A stretch of 64,000 nucleotides of DNA from Candidatus Limnocylindrales bacterium (GCA_035559535.1 DATMBG010000025.1:1-64000), one strand, 5' to 3'. Shown: positions 1-10,068, counted from the stretch's first letter. Made by a program: numbers and translations. The notes: generated by a model from the sequence alone, not told the origin.

Positions 1-385
1 AAATCGTAAAAAAATCTGACATTTAAGAGGTAGAATTTATCCCTTAGGAGGGGAGGAATAGGGATTAAAATCCAGAGAAAATAACCGGTTAAGAGAAAAT
101 TGCTTAAAATAACAGATTGTAAAATTTTCCGTCACTTTGTACGGAAGAAGGTTTACAGGTTCTTCCAGACCTCCCTTCTCTAAGGTTAGAAACTTACCTT
201 CCCATTTAAGTTTTTAAGGGGGAGCGGACCCGGCGGGGAAAGGGCTTTTATCGCTTTCCCTTGGCAAGAGAGGTGGTTTGTGTTATATTGATATATAACA
301 CAATAAAACTAATGTTTAAGACAGAGGTTCTAAGTTTGACGTTCTAACGGCTTCACGTTTTAACGAGGACTTAGAGCTTTGAGTT

Positions 386-1438
386 ATGGACTCCTACGCG
401 TATCTTTTTACTTCGGGTAACGGGGAATATTCCCAAGGCAGTGTGGGGACTAAAGAGGAAGCCGAATTCGATGAGGATCTGTTGGATGCCTATTCCCATG
501 CTGTGATCAAGGTAGCCGAGAAACTAAGCCCGGTGGTTGTGAATATCGATGTGACAGTGGAGCGAAAAGGGCGAACCCAGCAAGGTTATCTGGTACCTTT
601 TCAGGCCAGGGGAAGCGGATCCGGGATCATCCTGACTCCAGATGGCTTTATTTTAACCAACAGCCATGTGATTCATGAGGCGAAGAAAATTGAAGTAACG
701 TTGAATGATGGCCGCAAGTATGTGGCCCGGGTCATTGGAGAAGATCCTCAAACGGATCTGGCCGTTATACGCATCGATGATGCTTTCGGTCTTCCCATGG
801 CCGAGTTAGGAGATTCTAAAAAGCTGAAGGTAGGGCAGTTGGTCATTGCTATCGGAAACCCCTATGGTTTTCAGTGTACCGTTACGGCAGGGGTGATTAG
901 TGCTTTAGGACGCTCTTTAAGAACCCAAAGTGGGCGACTTATTGAAGATATCATCCAGACCGATGCCGCCCTCAATCCTGGGAGTTCTGGGGGGGCATTG
1001 GTAGATTCCAGGGGTCGGGTCATCGGGGTTAATACCGCCGTTATCATGCCTGCTCAGGGAATTTGCTTTGCCATTCCCATCAATACGGCTAAACATGTGG
1101 CGGCCTTACTTATTACCTCAGGAAAGGTGACCCGAGGTTATCTGGGTATTGCAGGGCAATTACGACCTTTACATCGGAGCTGGATACGGACTTTTCATTT
1201 GCCCAACGAAACGGGGGTTCTGGTCCTGTCTGTAAATCCAGGAAGCCCCGCCGAACAGGCCGGACTCCGAGAGGGGGATATTATTATCGCTTTAGGAGAT
1301 ATGCCTGTGAGTGGAGTAGATGATATTCACCGTTTCCTGACCGAACATCCAGTCCGGGTGGCCTATCCGATTACTGTTCTCCGGAATCTGGAAAAATTAA
1401 CCCTTCAGGTTATTCCCATCGAATATGACGGGAAGTAG
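386..1438 (+). CDS. HtrA/DegS-like S1C serine protease with one PDZ domain
   Basis: GSGSG, TNSHVI (His), DLAVI (Asp), TDAALNPGSSGG (Ser) motifs; C-terminal PDZ (GSPAEQAGLREGDII). Confidence 0.93.
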   Translation: MDSYAYLFTSGNGEYSQGSVGTKEEAEFDEDLLDAYSHAVIKVAEKLSPVVVNIDVTVERKGRTQQGYLVPFQARGSGSGIILTPDGFILTNSHVIHEAKKIEVTLNDGRKYVARVIGEDPQTDLAVIRIDDAFGLPMAELGDSKKLKVGQLVIAIGNPYGFQCTVTAGVISALGRSLRTQSGRLIEDIIQTDAALNPGSSGGALVDSRGRVIGVNTAVIMPAQGICFAIPINTAKHVAALLITSGKVTRGYLGIAGQLRPLHRSWIRTFHLPNETGVLVLSVNPGSPAEQAGLREGDIIIALGDMPVSGVDDIHRFLTEHPVRVAYPITVLRNLEKLTLQVIPIEYDGK

Positions 1439-1480
1439 AAGAAGTTCTTAAATCGGGGCGGATCAGATCTTGAGGGAAGG

Positions 1481-2941
1481 CTAACTCGGCAGGATTTGCC
1501 GATAGAGGAATGCGCGGGCCCAGGCAATCTCTTTGGCACTGAATTCACCCAGTGCTAAAAAAGCCAGGGGAATAAGGAATCCAATAATGGGTAATTTTAT
1601 TAAAAGCAACAGATTGGGAACAGGCCAGAGAACAGCCAGCAGGTAAGCAAGTCCGCAAACCAGGATGCTTCGCCACAGGGTTCCTGCCGGGGGGAGGATC
1701 TGCCAGATATAATAGACGGTTAATACGGCCATCCCCGCGCCCAGGCTGGCCACCAGGGCTGTAACCAGGGAGGCCCCCAGAGCCCCTAACCTGGGAATTA
1801 ACACCAGATGACCCACGATGGCTAAAAGCGGCAGAGGTCCGGTCAGTGCAAAGGCCCAGGTAGATCTATTAACAGAAATCAGAATGGAGGTGGCCACCGA
1901 TACCAGGACTAAAATCATGGAACCGAAGTTTAACAGCGCCAAGAGAGGTGCCGCAGGCAAAAAGGTAGGCCCAAAAACCAACTGGACAATATCCGGAGCG
2001 GCCCCGGCAACCATGGCCGTAAAGGGTAATAGCCCAATAACCAAACGCATGGCATCACGACCCAACTCCTTAGCCTGATAACTGTTTCCGGTACGTAGCA
2101 GACGGCTTAAGGTGGAGAGGAGAAGGGGAGAAAAGGATAGGGCAAAAGTACCTGGAATTACAGCTAAATTTTGTGCTACATTGTAGATCCCTGTTTGTTC
2201 TGTAGTAGCTCCCAATCCTTTCAAAATAAAGAGATCTAGCCGGTTATAGAGACTTACACTCAGGGCCGATAGGAACAACGGAATGGCATTTTCCCAAAAT
2301 TTCCAGGTGGGAAGGTTAGAACGGCCAAACAGGGAAGGTCGAAGATAGAAGTAGCCGATAAGGAATTCCACCAGGGAGGCTCCCATACTGCCTAGAATGG
2401 CACCGGGTATGGAAAAGCCTAACTCGACCAGGAGAACGATCAACAAGAGTCTCGCGATATAACGACCTGCACTGATGAGGGCCCGTTGCCTGAAGCTACC
2501 CAGACCGATCAGGATATTTCGGTAGGCGTAGGTAATACTGAAGAGCGGAATATCTAAGGCAAACAACCGGATATAAGCAGCAAGTATGGGTTCATGAAGG
2601 AGTCGGGCAATGAAAGTACTTAGAAGCCATAACAGGGCAACTATTCCTGTACTTACCAAAAGGTGAAGCCGAATCAGGCTGGCTCCAACAGGTCGCCAAT
2701 CCTCGGCTTCACTGATATACTTAATGGTGGGACGTGAAAAAAGCGAGGCAATGCCCCATTCAATCCAGGCAATTAAGGTTGCAACCAGGGCATACAAACC
2801 ATACCCCGAGGACCCCAGCCGATGCGTGAGGAAAACGGTGGTTATCAGGCCCGTTGGTAAAAATAGAGCTTCTGCCAGGAAAACCCGTAGGGTTCCATCA
2901 AATATATGACGACGGCTTACTTGGGAAGACGAGGAATCCAT
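1481..2941 (-). CDS. Wzx-like oligosaccharide flippase (MOP superfamily)
   Basis: 486 aa with many hydrophobic segments, LGSSGYGLYAL and TGIYNVA motifs, glycan-cluster context. Confidence 0.85.
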   Translation of the reverse strand: MDSSSSQVSRRHIFDGTLRVFLAEALFLPTGLITTVFLTHRLGSSGYGLYALVATLIAWIEWGIASLFSRPTIKYISEAEDWRPVGASLIRLHLLVSTGIVALLWLLSTFIARLLHEPILAAYIRLFALDIPLFSITYAYRNILIGLGSFRQRALISAGRYIARLLLIVLLVELGFSIPGAILGSMGASLVEFLIGYFYLRPSLFGRSNLPTWKFWENAIPLFLSALSVSLYNRLDLFILKGLGATTEQTGIYNVAQNLAVIPGTFALSFSPLLLSTLSRLLRTGNSYQAKELGRDAMRLVIGLLPFTAMVAGAAPDIVQLVFGPTFLPAAPLLALLNFGSMILVLVSVATSILISVNRSTWAFALTGPLPLLAIVGHLVLIPRLGALGASLVTALVASLGAGMAVLTVYYIWQILPPAGTLWRSILVCGLAYLLAVLWPVPNLLLLIKLPIIGFLIPLAFLALGEFSAKEIAWARAFLYRQILPS

Positions 2942-3039
2942 TTAATGGCGAACAACCGATAGTAAGGAATAAGATACCCTGGATAATTAATTAGCTTATA
3001 GACGGTGGATTGTCAACAACCAACTTGTATCTTCCTATT

Positions 3040-4356
3040 TTATTGGAGCTTAGCCGCAAAGTAGCGGGAGGCTAATCCCTTTACCCAAAATCCGGGTATG
3101 AGGCCCCGCCGGTATAGGACCAGACCTCTTTGGAAGAGTCCTCCCAGGAAGCCGGATTGTTCAGTTTGTCGTTTGATTTTTAAGAATCGTTGCATAGCCT
3201 CTTGTTGGGCGATGAGGCTGATCAACGCCCCTCGTTTCTCGGCACTCTGGATCAACGCAGCGATCCGGGGGGCCAGTTTTTCTTCAATTAACTGCTGTAT
3301 GGTCTTCGAATCCAATCCCGCAAAGGTCATCGTTCCTCCTAATACCCCCCCGGAGTTAGTGACAAAATCAGGCAGGCAAAGAATTCCTCGATTTTGCAAG
3401 ATTTGTTCGGCTTCCAATGTAACCGGATAATTGGCCCCTGGACTGATGATACCAGCCTGGACCTGTTTGGCATTTCCTGTATGGATACTTTCACTGGTGG
3501 CACAAGGGCAGAGAAGATCTACCGGGAGGGTCAGCAAGTCCTCCTTGGGTATAAGTTCGGCTTCTTTATAGACATGTACCAGTTCACTTCCGACCTGTTG
3601 GGACAACCTCAAGAGTTCTTTAACGGGTAGACCTTGAGGATGGTAAAGGGCTCCTTGTGAGGTGGAGATGGCCACCATACGGGCCTCTCGTTCTACCAGA
3701 CCCTGGGCAACGGCTGCCCCGACCTTTCCAAAACCCTGAAGGGCAACCCGAAGTCCGGCCAATTTAAGTTTCCTATGTTGGACGGCAACCTGAGCTCCTG
3801 TAATGACTGTCAGCCCGGTGTAAAATCCGGCCAGAAGACGAGAGGGTTCTCTCCGACTTCGCTGGACTCCTACAAAGGTCAACATATCCTCGATTTCAGA
3901 ATTACCGGTGCCGAGATCATGGGCCGGTTGATAACATCCACTTTGTAAGAGGGGGGCCAGGGTAACTGCAAATCGTCGTAGCAGAGCCTGCCGTTGTTGG
4001 GGAGGAGCCTCCGGATCCCCAATAATCCCTGCTTTTGCCCCTCCTCCCGGAAGACCTAAGAACCCAAACTTGAGGGTCATTCGACGGGCTAATATCCTGA
4101 GTTCAGCGAGGGAAACATCGGGAGCTATTCGGATTCCCCCATGGGAACGCCCATTGATCATAGTATCAACCACAAGCCAACCCAGGGACATCCCTGTCTC
4201 GTCAGTTGCTTCACAACTAAAGGAATCGTATCCTAAAGATGGAACCCCTGATAAAGCCAGATCCTCATAGGAGGATCCGGTGAAGCTCCGGGTTGTATTG
4301 CTTCCTGGGGTAGTCTGCCAGGACTCGTCGAGTTTATTTTCTGTTTGATAAGTCAT
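3040..4356 (-). CDS. Glu/Leu/Phe/Val dehydrogenase family protein
   Basis: GGIR, MTLK..LGLPGGGAKAGI, PAHDLGT, Rossmann QGFGKVG, PGAN, PDFVTNSGGV. Confidence 0.88.
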   Translation of the reverse strand: MTYQTENKLDESWQTTPGSNTTRSFTGSSYEDLALSGVPSLGYDSFSCEATDETGMSLGWLVVDTMINGRSHGGIRIAPDVSLAELRILARRMTLKFGFLGLPGGGAKAGIIGDPEAPPQQRQALLRRFAVTLAPLLQSGCYQPAHDLGTGNSEIEDMLTFVGVQRSRREPSRLLAGFYTGLTVITGAQVAVQHRKLKLAGLRVALQGFGKVGAAVAQGLVEREARMVAISTSQGALYHPQGLPVKELLRLSQQVGSELVHVYKEAELIPKEDLLTLPVDLLCPCATSESIHTGNAKQVQAGIISPGANYPVTLEAEQILQNRGILCLPDFVTNSGGVLGGTMTFAGLDSKTIQQLIEEKLAPRIAALIQSAEKRGALISLIAQQEAMQRFLKIKRQTEQSGFLGGLFQRGLVLYRRGLIPGFWVKGLASRYFAAKLQ

Positions 4357-5246
4357 GTTTGCACTCCTTCCTCGGCATAAGATCTCGAGGTACTTTGCAT
4401 TGCCTCGTCCAATAGAAAAGTTCGTTTCTCAGCAAGACGTGCTTGTTTCTCGGCACGAAGAGCGAGATAGTAACCGGTTTGATACCGGATCGACCAACGT
4501 TCCAAACTCTCAAAGCTATCCAATATACGCTCCATGGGGGCTTCTAAAACTTTCCAGCCCAGGCGCTCCAGGAGGGTCAGTAACCAAATGGCCGGGGCCC
4601 GGGGGACATGGGAAACTGCCGTGACATGGGTTACAATTAATCCTAAGGCTTCGAGTTGGTGACGGGCTTCTATGAGGTTGTACGTCGCACCTACATAGTA
4701 GGGTACAAGGTGCAAACGATTCAACCAGGTAAAAGGCAGGTGATTACGCAACCAGACAATGGGATTGTGGGGATTGTCCAGGGTGATTATTAAAATTCCT
4801 CCGGGAGCCAGTATACGGACTAACTCGGCCAGGCTTTTAGCTATATCTGCCTTATCCGGAAAGTGGTCCAGTGAGGATCCGGCCAGGATGTACTTTACGG
4901 TTTCTGATTTTAAAGGAATCTGACGTAAATCTCCCACCACGAAAAGGGATCCGCCATCTTTTCCTAAAAGTCGATGCCGGGCAGCCTGAACGATCGCCGA
5001 AGAGTGATCGAGACCAACGCTACCCGGTCCCAAATCGGGCAAGAGGTGATGATCACTCACCGCCTCTTCAAACAGATCTGTTTTCAGACCACGCCCCGGG
5101 TTACCAATCGGTAACCAATCTTGAAGGAGGCGTTTATAAACCCGCCGCATATAAGCCCGCCATATTTCTATGGGGGAACTACAACGGATTTCTTCCAGGA
5201 CTTCGTCCCAGTAAATTTGTGTGGTATAATGGTTTTGTTGAATCAT
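4353..5246 (-). CDS. class I SAM-dependent methyltransferase
   Basis: VGLD, VVGDLRQIPL, SLDHF, ELVRILAPGGILII (Methyltransf_11-like); ATGA overlaps with both neighbours. Confidence 0.82.
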   Translation of the reverse strand: MIQQNHYTTQIYWDEVLEEIRCSSPIEIWRAYMRRVYKRLLQDWLPIGNPGRGLKTDLFEEAVSDHHLLPDLGPGSVGLDHSSAIVQAARHRLLGKDGGSLFVVGDLRQIPLKSETVKYILAGSSLDHFPDKADIAKSLAELVRILAPGGILIITLDNPHNPIVWLRNHLPFTWLNRLHLVPYYVGATYNLIEARHQLEALGLIVTHVTAVSHVPRAPAIWLLTLLERLGWKVLEAPMERILDSFESLERWSIRYQTGYYLALRAEKQARLAEKRTFLLDEAMQSTSRSYAEEGVQT

Positions 5247-6598
5247 TTTTTCACCTTCGCCCCTTCCGGATACGCCATCACCCTCAAAAATTTACCCTGG
5301 GGGGTTAGAGGAATATGTTCGACAAACTCAACCGTCACCTGGGTATCCGTACCCAAGACAGAGCGAGCCCGTTCCAACAACTGATTTTGTAATGCCTTTC
5401 GATCTGTGCTGGAGAAAGGTACGATCTGCCATTGGATTTGACCGGGTGCAGGTTGAATAACTCGAGATTGTAGGGTGGATTTTAATTCATGTTTGAATAA
5501 AGCTTCTAGCATCAGAAAGGAGAGCTCTCGACCATTGGGAAGACGGATGACGTCGGTACAACGCCCGCTCAACTGTTCCAATAGAGGTAAGGATCTACCA
5601 CATGGACAGGGTTTCTGTGCCAGGATACCTTGATCGCCCTGGCGGTAATTAAGCAGGACCATTCCGAGATTGCGTAGATTGGAAATAACCACCTCACCTG
5701 GCTCACCTGGGGGGACGGTCCTTCCCTTTTCATCAACCAATCGTACCGCACAGAGATCTATATTTAGATGAAAACCCTGGCGATATTCGCACTGGAATCC
5801 AATTCGTCCGGCTTCTGCAGATAGGTAAGCCGAATAGACCAGACAACCAAACGTTTTTTCAATCAGATCCCGTCCGCCGGGAGAAAGGAGATCCCCCCCA
5901 TACATCCAAACCCGAGGTAGAGCAATACGCCATTGGCGGTCGGATAGAAATCGAAAAAACTGATCCGCATAAGACCCATAGGAGAATACTACCTGGGGCC
6001 GAAAGGTGTTAATCTTCTCAACCACAGCTTCAAAGGGTTCCTCTATGGAAATAAATTGACGATGAGCCAGGCCTCGGGGTGCTAGAGTTTGTGAGCTCCA
6101 GAAAGCGCGGATCTTTAAGGTCAATGAGGTAGGGGGAAAGATATAAAGTTGACGTTGTCCATAACTCTGTCCTATCAGATGGTTTAATATACCACGATCT
6201 CTTTCGGCATAGGCAAGCTCACGTAAAATAGAAGCGTTATCCCAATAAATGGTACGCTGAGCCCGGGACTGGGATCCACTGCTATACCAAACCTGTCGAG
6301 ATCCTTCGTCATAGCACGTCGAAGTAAACCGGTCCAGATTGTTTCGTAGGATGAAACTATCGATCAGAGGAAGTTGGGTCAGGTCATCGACGGTTTGGAA
6401 ATCCTCTGGGCGTAGCCCTCGTTCGTCCATAGCCCTACGATAAAACGGCACCGTACGATAGGCATGTCGGATTATCGAGTGTATACGATGACACTGAAGC
6501 CGTTCAATCCATTCCACAGGCCAGAAAGGCAACCTGCGCTCGATACAAGAAAGGGTACCTACATATCCGCTATTAAGAAATCGCTTCATCCAACTCAT
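5243..6598 (-). CDS. phenylacetate-CoA ligase / CapK-like AMP-forming ligase
   Basis: HAYRTVPFYRR, LPLID, Y.SAEAG, PGEPGEVVIS, NYRQGD, CPCGRSLP, GR, IPLTPQGK. Confidence 0.85.
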   Translation of the reverse strand: MSWMKRFLNSGYVGTLSCIERRLPFWPVEWIERLQCHRIHSIIRHAYRTVPFYRRAMDERGLRPEDFQTVDDLTQLPLIDSFILRNNLDRFTSTCYDEGSRQVWYSSGSQSRAQRTIYWDNASILRELAYAERDRGILNHLIGQSYGQRQLYIFPPTSLTLKIRAFWSSQTLAPRGLAHRQFISIEEPFEAVVEKINTFRPQVVFSYGSYADQFFRFLSDRQWRIALPRVWMYGGDLLSPGGRDLIEKTFGCLVYSAYLSAEAGRIGFQCEYRQGFHLNIDLCAVRLVDEKGRTVPPGEPGEVVISNLRNLGMVLLNYRQGDQGILAQKPCPCGRSLPLLEQLSGRCTDVIRLPNGRELSFLMLEALFKHELKSTLQSRVIQPAPGQIQWQIVPFSSTDRKALQNQLLERARSVLGTDTQVTVEFVEHIPLTPQGKFLRVMAYPEGAKVKK

Positions 6599-7973
6599 AG
6601 GGTTGGTAACTCCTTATTCCATCAAAAATTGTTTCTCCTTGAGGTTTCTGGCGTAACGAAAGGACAGTACGAACTTTACCTCCAGGTGTTCGTGGAATTT
6701 GATCGGTAAAGGTCAGGTTGATGGTGATATCTTCCCCGAGGATACGGTTTAGGTTATGGGTAATGCGTTGAGCCATGGCCTGTCTATTACAGGTTCCAGA
6801 AGCTACCAGTGCAATGCGGAAATGGGTACCGCTCTCTTGAACGATCTGGTATTGCCAGAGTTCCTCTTCAACCAGGAAAACGTCCTTTACCCGCATGGGA
6901 TGTATAAGTCGACCGGAAGTTAATTGAATCCAATCGTCGGAGCGAGCCTGGGGGAGTGAGAGCCTGGGTAATGAACGCCCACAAGGACATGGGCCGGGTA
7001 ATATACAGGCGATATCACCCAGTCGGTAATTCAGGAGTACCGTCGCCCGATTGACCAGGTTTGAGAGGATCACATCCCCGCTTTCACCATCCGGTAGGGT
7101 TTCACCCTTCTCGTTGACAATACGAACCGGATATAGATCGATATTGAGATGCAAACCCATATTGTAGAAGCACTCAAAGCCAATCTTGAATGCTTCGGTA
7201 GCCTGATAGGTGCTGAGTAAAGGAAGACCAAAGGTTTCGGTAATCAAACGCCGAACAGGGTTAGAGAGACCATCTGAGCTGTAGGTGACGATTTTAGGAC
7301 GATGAAAAGGGACTCCTGTGGTATAAAGATACGGGAAGAGAACTTCAAGATAAGATCCGTAGCTGTGAAGTACGTCTGGTTTAAATTCGTTGATTAAGGG
7401 AACATTTTTTTCCGGTGGATCTAGCGGCAGATACTGTCGTTGAATGCGGATGCCTTTAGGGAGAAAACCGTGTTTTTGACAAAATTTATGTACCTCTTTG
7501 GCTACCCCGGAGGACGTGGCAATGCTGGTCTCGCGGTATCCCAGCGAACGCCCCACCAGTTTCACAATCATCGATCGCTCACGTTCACCGTGTGCAGCGT
7601 TCTGAAAAAGTGAAGTCGCATCATGGTAAACGGTCCCATGGGTATGGGTACTCCTTCCGGTTCGCAACTTCAGGTAATAATCCCGGGGTTGGGCAGTAGA
7701 GACCAGATCCTCGGGGTTCTGTTGTAAATGCTTACGTTCCAGTATCGGCAGTCGTGAGAGATCCTCAGCGGTTCGAAAATCGCCTGGGCTTAAGCCCAGG
7801 TTATCCATCACCCTTCGATAATAGGGTACCCTGTGATAAGCATAGGCTATCATGCTTTGTACGCGCCGTGCCTGGGCACGTTGGATAACCTCCAAGGGTT
7901 CAAAGGGGAACCGGGTCTGGCCTCGCAGATGATAAGCCAGATAAATACTCCATTTTAAACGACTCCACCACAT
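6573..7973 (-). CDS. phenylacetate-CoA ligase / CapK-like AMP-forming ligase (paralog)
   Basis: AYHRVPYYRR, LPILER, YQATEA, GESGDVILS, NYRLGD, CPCGRSLP, IPRTPGGK. Confidence 0.85.
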   Translation of the reverse strand: MWWSRLKWSIYLAYHLRGQTRFPFEPLEVIQRAQARRVQSMIAYAYHRVPYYRRVMDNLGLSPGDFRTAEDLSRLPILERKHLQQNPEDLVSTAQPRDYYLKLRTGRSTHTHGTVYHDATSLFQNAAHGERERSMIVKLVGRSLGYRETSIATSSGVAKEVHKFCQKHGFLPKGIRIQRQYLPLDPPEKNVPLINEFKPDVLHSYGSYLEVLFPYLYTTGVPFHRPKIVTYSSDGLSNPVRRLITETFGLPLLSTYQATEAFKIGFECFYNMGLHLNIDLYPVRIVNEKGETLPDGESGDVILSNLVNRATVLLNYRLGDIACILPGPCPCGRSLPRLSLPQARSDDWIQLTSGRLIHPMRVKDVFLVEEELWQYQIVQESGTHFRIALVASGTCNRQAMAQRITHNLNRILGEDITINLTFTDQIPRTPGGKVRTVLSLRQKPQGETIFDGIRSYQPYELDEAIS

Positions 7974-8052
7974 GGGATTTCCTCCTGGATCCTGTCTCCT
8001 CTTCCAGAAGATTTTCTACGGCATATCCCAAAAACTGATTCCATAAGTATTT

Positions 8053-8171
8053 TGTTTACTTAGTCTTGCTTAACTTTTAAACGGCCCCTCACCCCCGGCC
8101 CCTCTCCTATAGCGTGGGAGAGGGGCGTTGGGAAGTGAAAGCCGTACTATGAGACTGAAATTAAGTAAACA
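8053..8171. mobile_element. MITE-like element, copy 1 (TIR tgtttactta/taagtaaaca)
   Basis: Perfect 10-bp terminal inverted repeat around a cccctctcc..ggagagggg hairpin; diverged second copy at 8435-8539. Confidence 0.65.
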
Positions 8172-8310
8172 GTGTAGTAAGTCGGTTTTGATGTTTTTGA
8201 ATAATCCTTCGTCTTCTCCGAAGAGGAGCCGGTACACTTTGCCCGGCCTTGGACCCTAAATAAGATAGAAGTGTTTTTTTACTATCTAAAAGTACTAATA
8301 GATAATTTTT

Positions 8311-8327
8311 AAGCAATATATATACCT
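8311..8327 (-). promoter_or_regulatory. possible sigma-54 (-24/-12) promoter for the CapK-like operon
   Basis: Minus strand aGGtatatatattGCtt (GG-N10-GC) next to an AT-rich tract. Confidence 0.35.
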
Positions 8328-8434
8328 AAATAAGTATATCTATACGTTTATAGGTATAATTTAACTATAAATTGAATTAAAATTATTTCAATAGGTAATA
8401 TGAGGAAAATAAAAAAATTTAAAGGAGAGGACTT

Positions 8435-8539
8435 TGTTTACTTAGTTTTGCTTAACCTTTAAATGGTCCTCACCCTCTGGCCCCTCTCCCACGCCACAGG
8501 AGAGGAGAGTTGGGGCATGGAGTCAAAAGTAAGTAAACA
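8435..8539. mobile_element. MITE-like element, copy 2
   Basis: Same tgtttactta..taagtaaaca ends and alignable interior as 8053-8171. Confidence 0.65.
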
Positions 8540-8833
8540 GGGTAGAAGTACCTCATCGAACCATGTCGGCAGGAGGAAGGGAAAGGGATTTTTAGATCTG
8601 ATCTCTGTTTTTTACCTGGACAAAGAGTAAAAACATATAAATTAAATATATCTCTTACTGGGATTCTTTAATCTGGGCCGGTTCCGGATCGAAGGGGATC
8701 GGGGATAAAAAGGGTAAATATTTACGGGCCGTGAACTTATTTAGATTGAATAGAGAAGAACCGACGAGAGTGAAGAAGGAAGCCGGTTCAAGGGATCCTG
8801 TTGGGGAAGAGCTTTTATTTTGAGGGAGGTCCT

Positions 8834-9062
8834 CTACGCATCACGTTAAGGATTAGATGTGGAGTCCAGACACCCCCCTGGTCCCTATAGGCACCAGGTT
8901 AAGGCGCCTCCATCCGGTCCCTCCTCCGTTTCACAGAGGAGGGGACTTCACTTCAAAGTTCCTTCCCCTGCAAAGCGGGGGAAGGTTAGGAAGCGGGTGC
9001 CCCCATGGATCTTACTCTTATCCTGGTGCCTAGAGAGATGATCTCAGTTTTTGGATGCGTAG
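8834..9062. repeat. nested inverted-repeat element
   Basis: Outer ctacgcatc/gatgcgtag, inner taggcaccagg/cctggtgccta, and two GC hairpins inside. Confidence 0.55.
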
Positions 9063-9117
9063 GTTGGCAGGGTTAGTTCTTACCTCTCCGATTCCATTTC
9101 AAGGGAAGGAGGTATAG

Positions 9118-10068
9118 ATGAACAGATTGGAAAAAGAAAATACAACTCCGGATATTTCCATTTGTATTGCCACCTTTCGTCGACCGCAGGGTCTGACCCG
9201 ACTACTCGATAGTTTACAGCGACTCTCGGGTACAAAGGATTTCACCTTGGAAATCATCGTGATCGATAACGATGCTGCAGAGACGGCCCGGCCTGTTGTG
9301 GAGGAACTGAAGAGTAGGTATACCTGCCTGAGATACGGGGTTGAGCCAAGACAGAATATCTCCCACGCCCGGAACCGGGCTGTAGAGCAGGCCCGAGGGA
9401 CCTGGATTGCTTTTATTGATGATGATGAAGTAGCCGGAGAAAACTGGCTTGCGGAATATTGGCAGATGATCCGTAAAATCCCCGGAGACGGTTATTTCGG
9501 TCCTGTACTACCCCGGCTGGAGAAAGCTGGTCCTTCCTGGCTAGACCCGGAGGTTTTTTTTAGCAGACCCCGCTATCCCAGCGGTACCAGGTTAAAGTTT
9601 TATCAAACCCGTACGGGTAATGCTTTCATCCGCCGTTCCCTTTTTAATCGACATAAGTTTGATCCCTTTTACGGTCTTACGGGGGGTGGAGACACCGAAC
9701 TTTTCTCACGGATGATGGAGAGTGGGGCAAAATTTTTTTGGTGTGATACAGCCCAGGTGTTTGAATATATTCCTTCACATCGTTTAACCTTCAAATGGCT
9801 CCTGCAGCGTGCCTTTCGCAAGGGTGTGGCTTATACTTACCTGCAGAGACGACGATCCCCACGCTACTCCCGACAGATGATTGAGCTCCTGAAGGCCCTG
9901 GCAGGTATTTTTGTTTTTGCCTCTATTCTGCCGCTGGAAGTATTTCGCGGCCGTACTGCTATCCTCAAGGGGCTCTTACGCCTTTGTGTTCAAGTCGGGC
10001 ATCTATGGGCCTTCTTGAACCTGACCTACGAAGAATACAAAGTCGAAGGGATGATACCCGGAAATTAA
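9118..10068 (+). CDS. glycosyltransferase family 2 (ExoM-like)
   Basis: SICIATFRR, IIVIDND, NISHARN, AFIDDDE, GGGDTELF. Confidence 0.9.
   Translation: MNRLEKENTTPDISICIATFRRPQGLTRLLDSLQRLSGTKDFTLEIIVIDNDAAETARPVVEELKSRYTCLRYGVEPRQNISHARNRAVEQARGTWIAFIDDDEVAGENWLAEYWQMIRKIPGDGYFGPVLPRLEKAGPSWLDPEVFFSRPRYPSGTRLKFYQTRTGNAFIRRSLFNRHKFDPFYGLTGGGDTELFSRMMESGAKFFWCDTAQVFEYIPSHRLTFKWLLQRAFRKGVAYTYLQRRRSPRYSRQMIELLKALAGIFVFASILPLEVFRGRTAILKGLLRLCVQVGHLWAFLNLTYEEYKVEGMIPGN

Noticed and set aside
281-300. Palindrome tgttata-N6-tataaca upstream of the htrA-like gene
   Set aside because: A plausible operator, but it is AT-rich, single-copy and cannot be assigned to a regulator.
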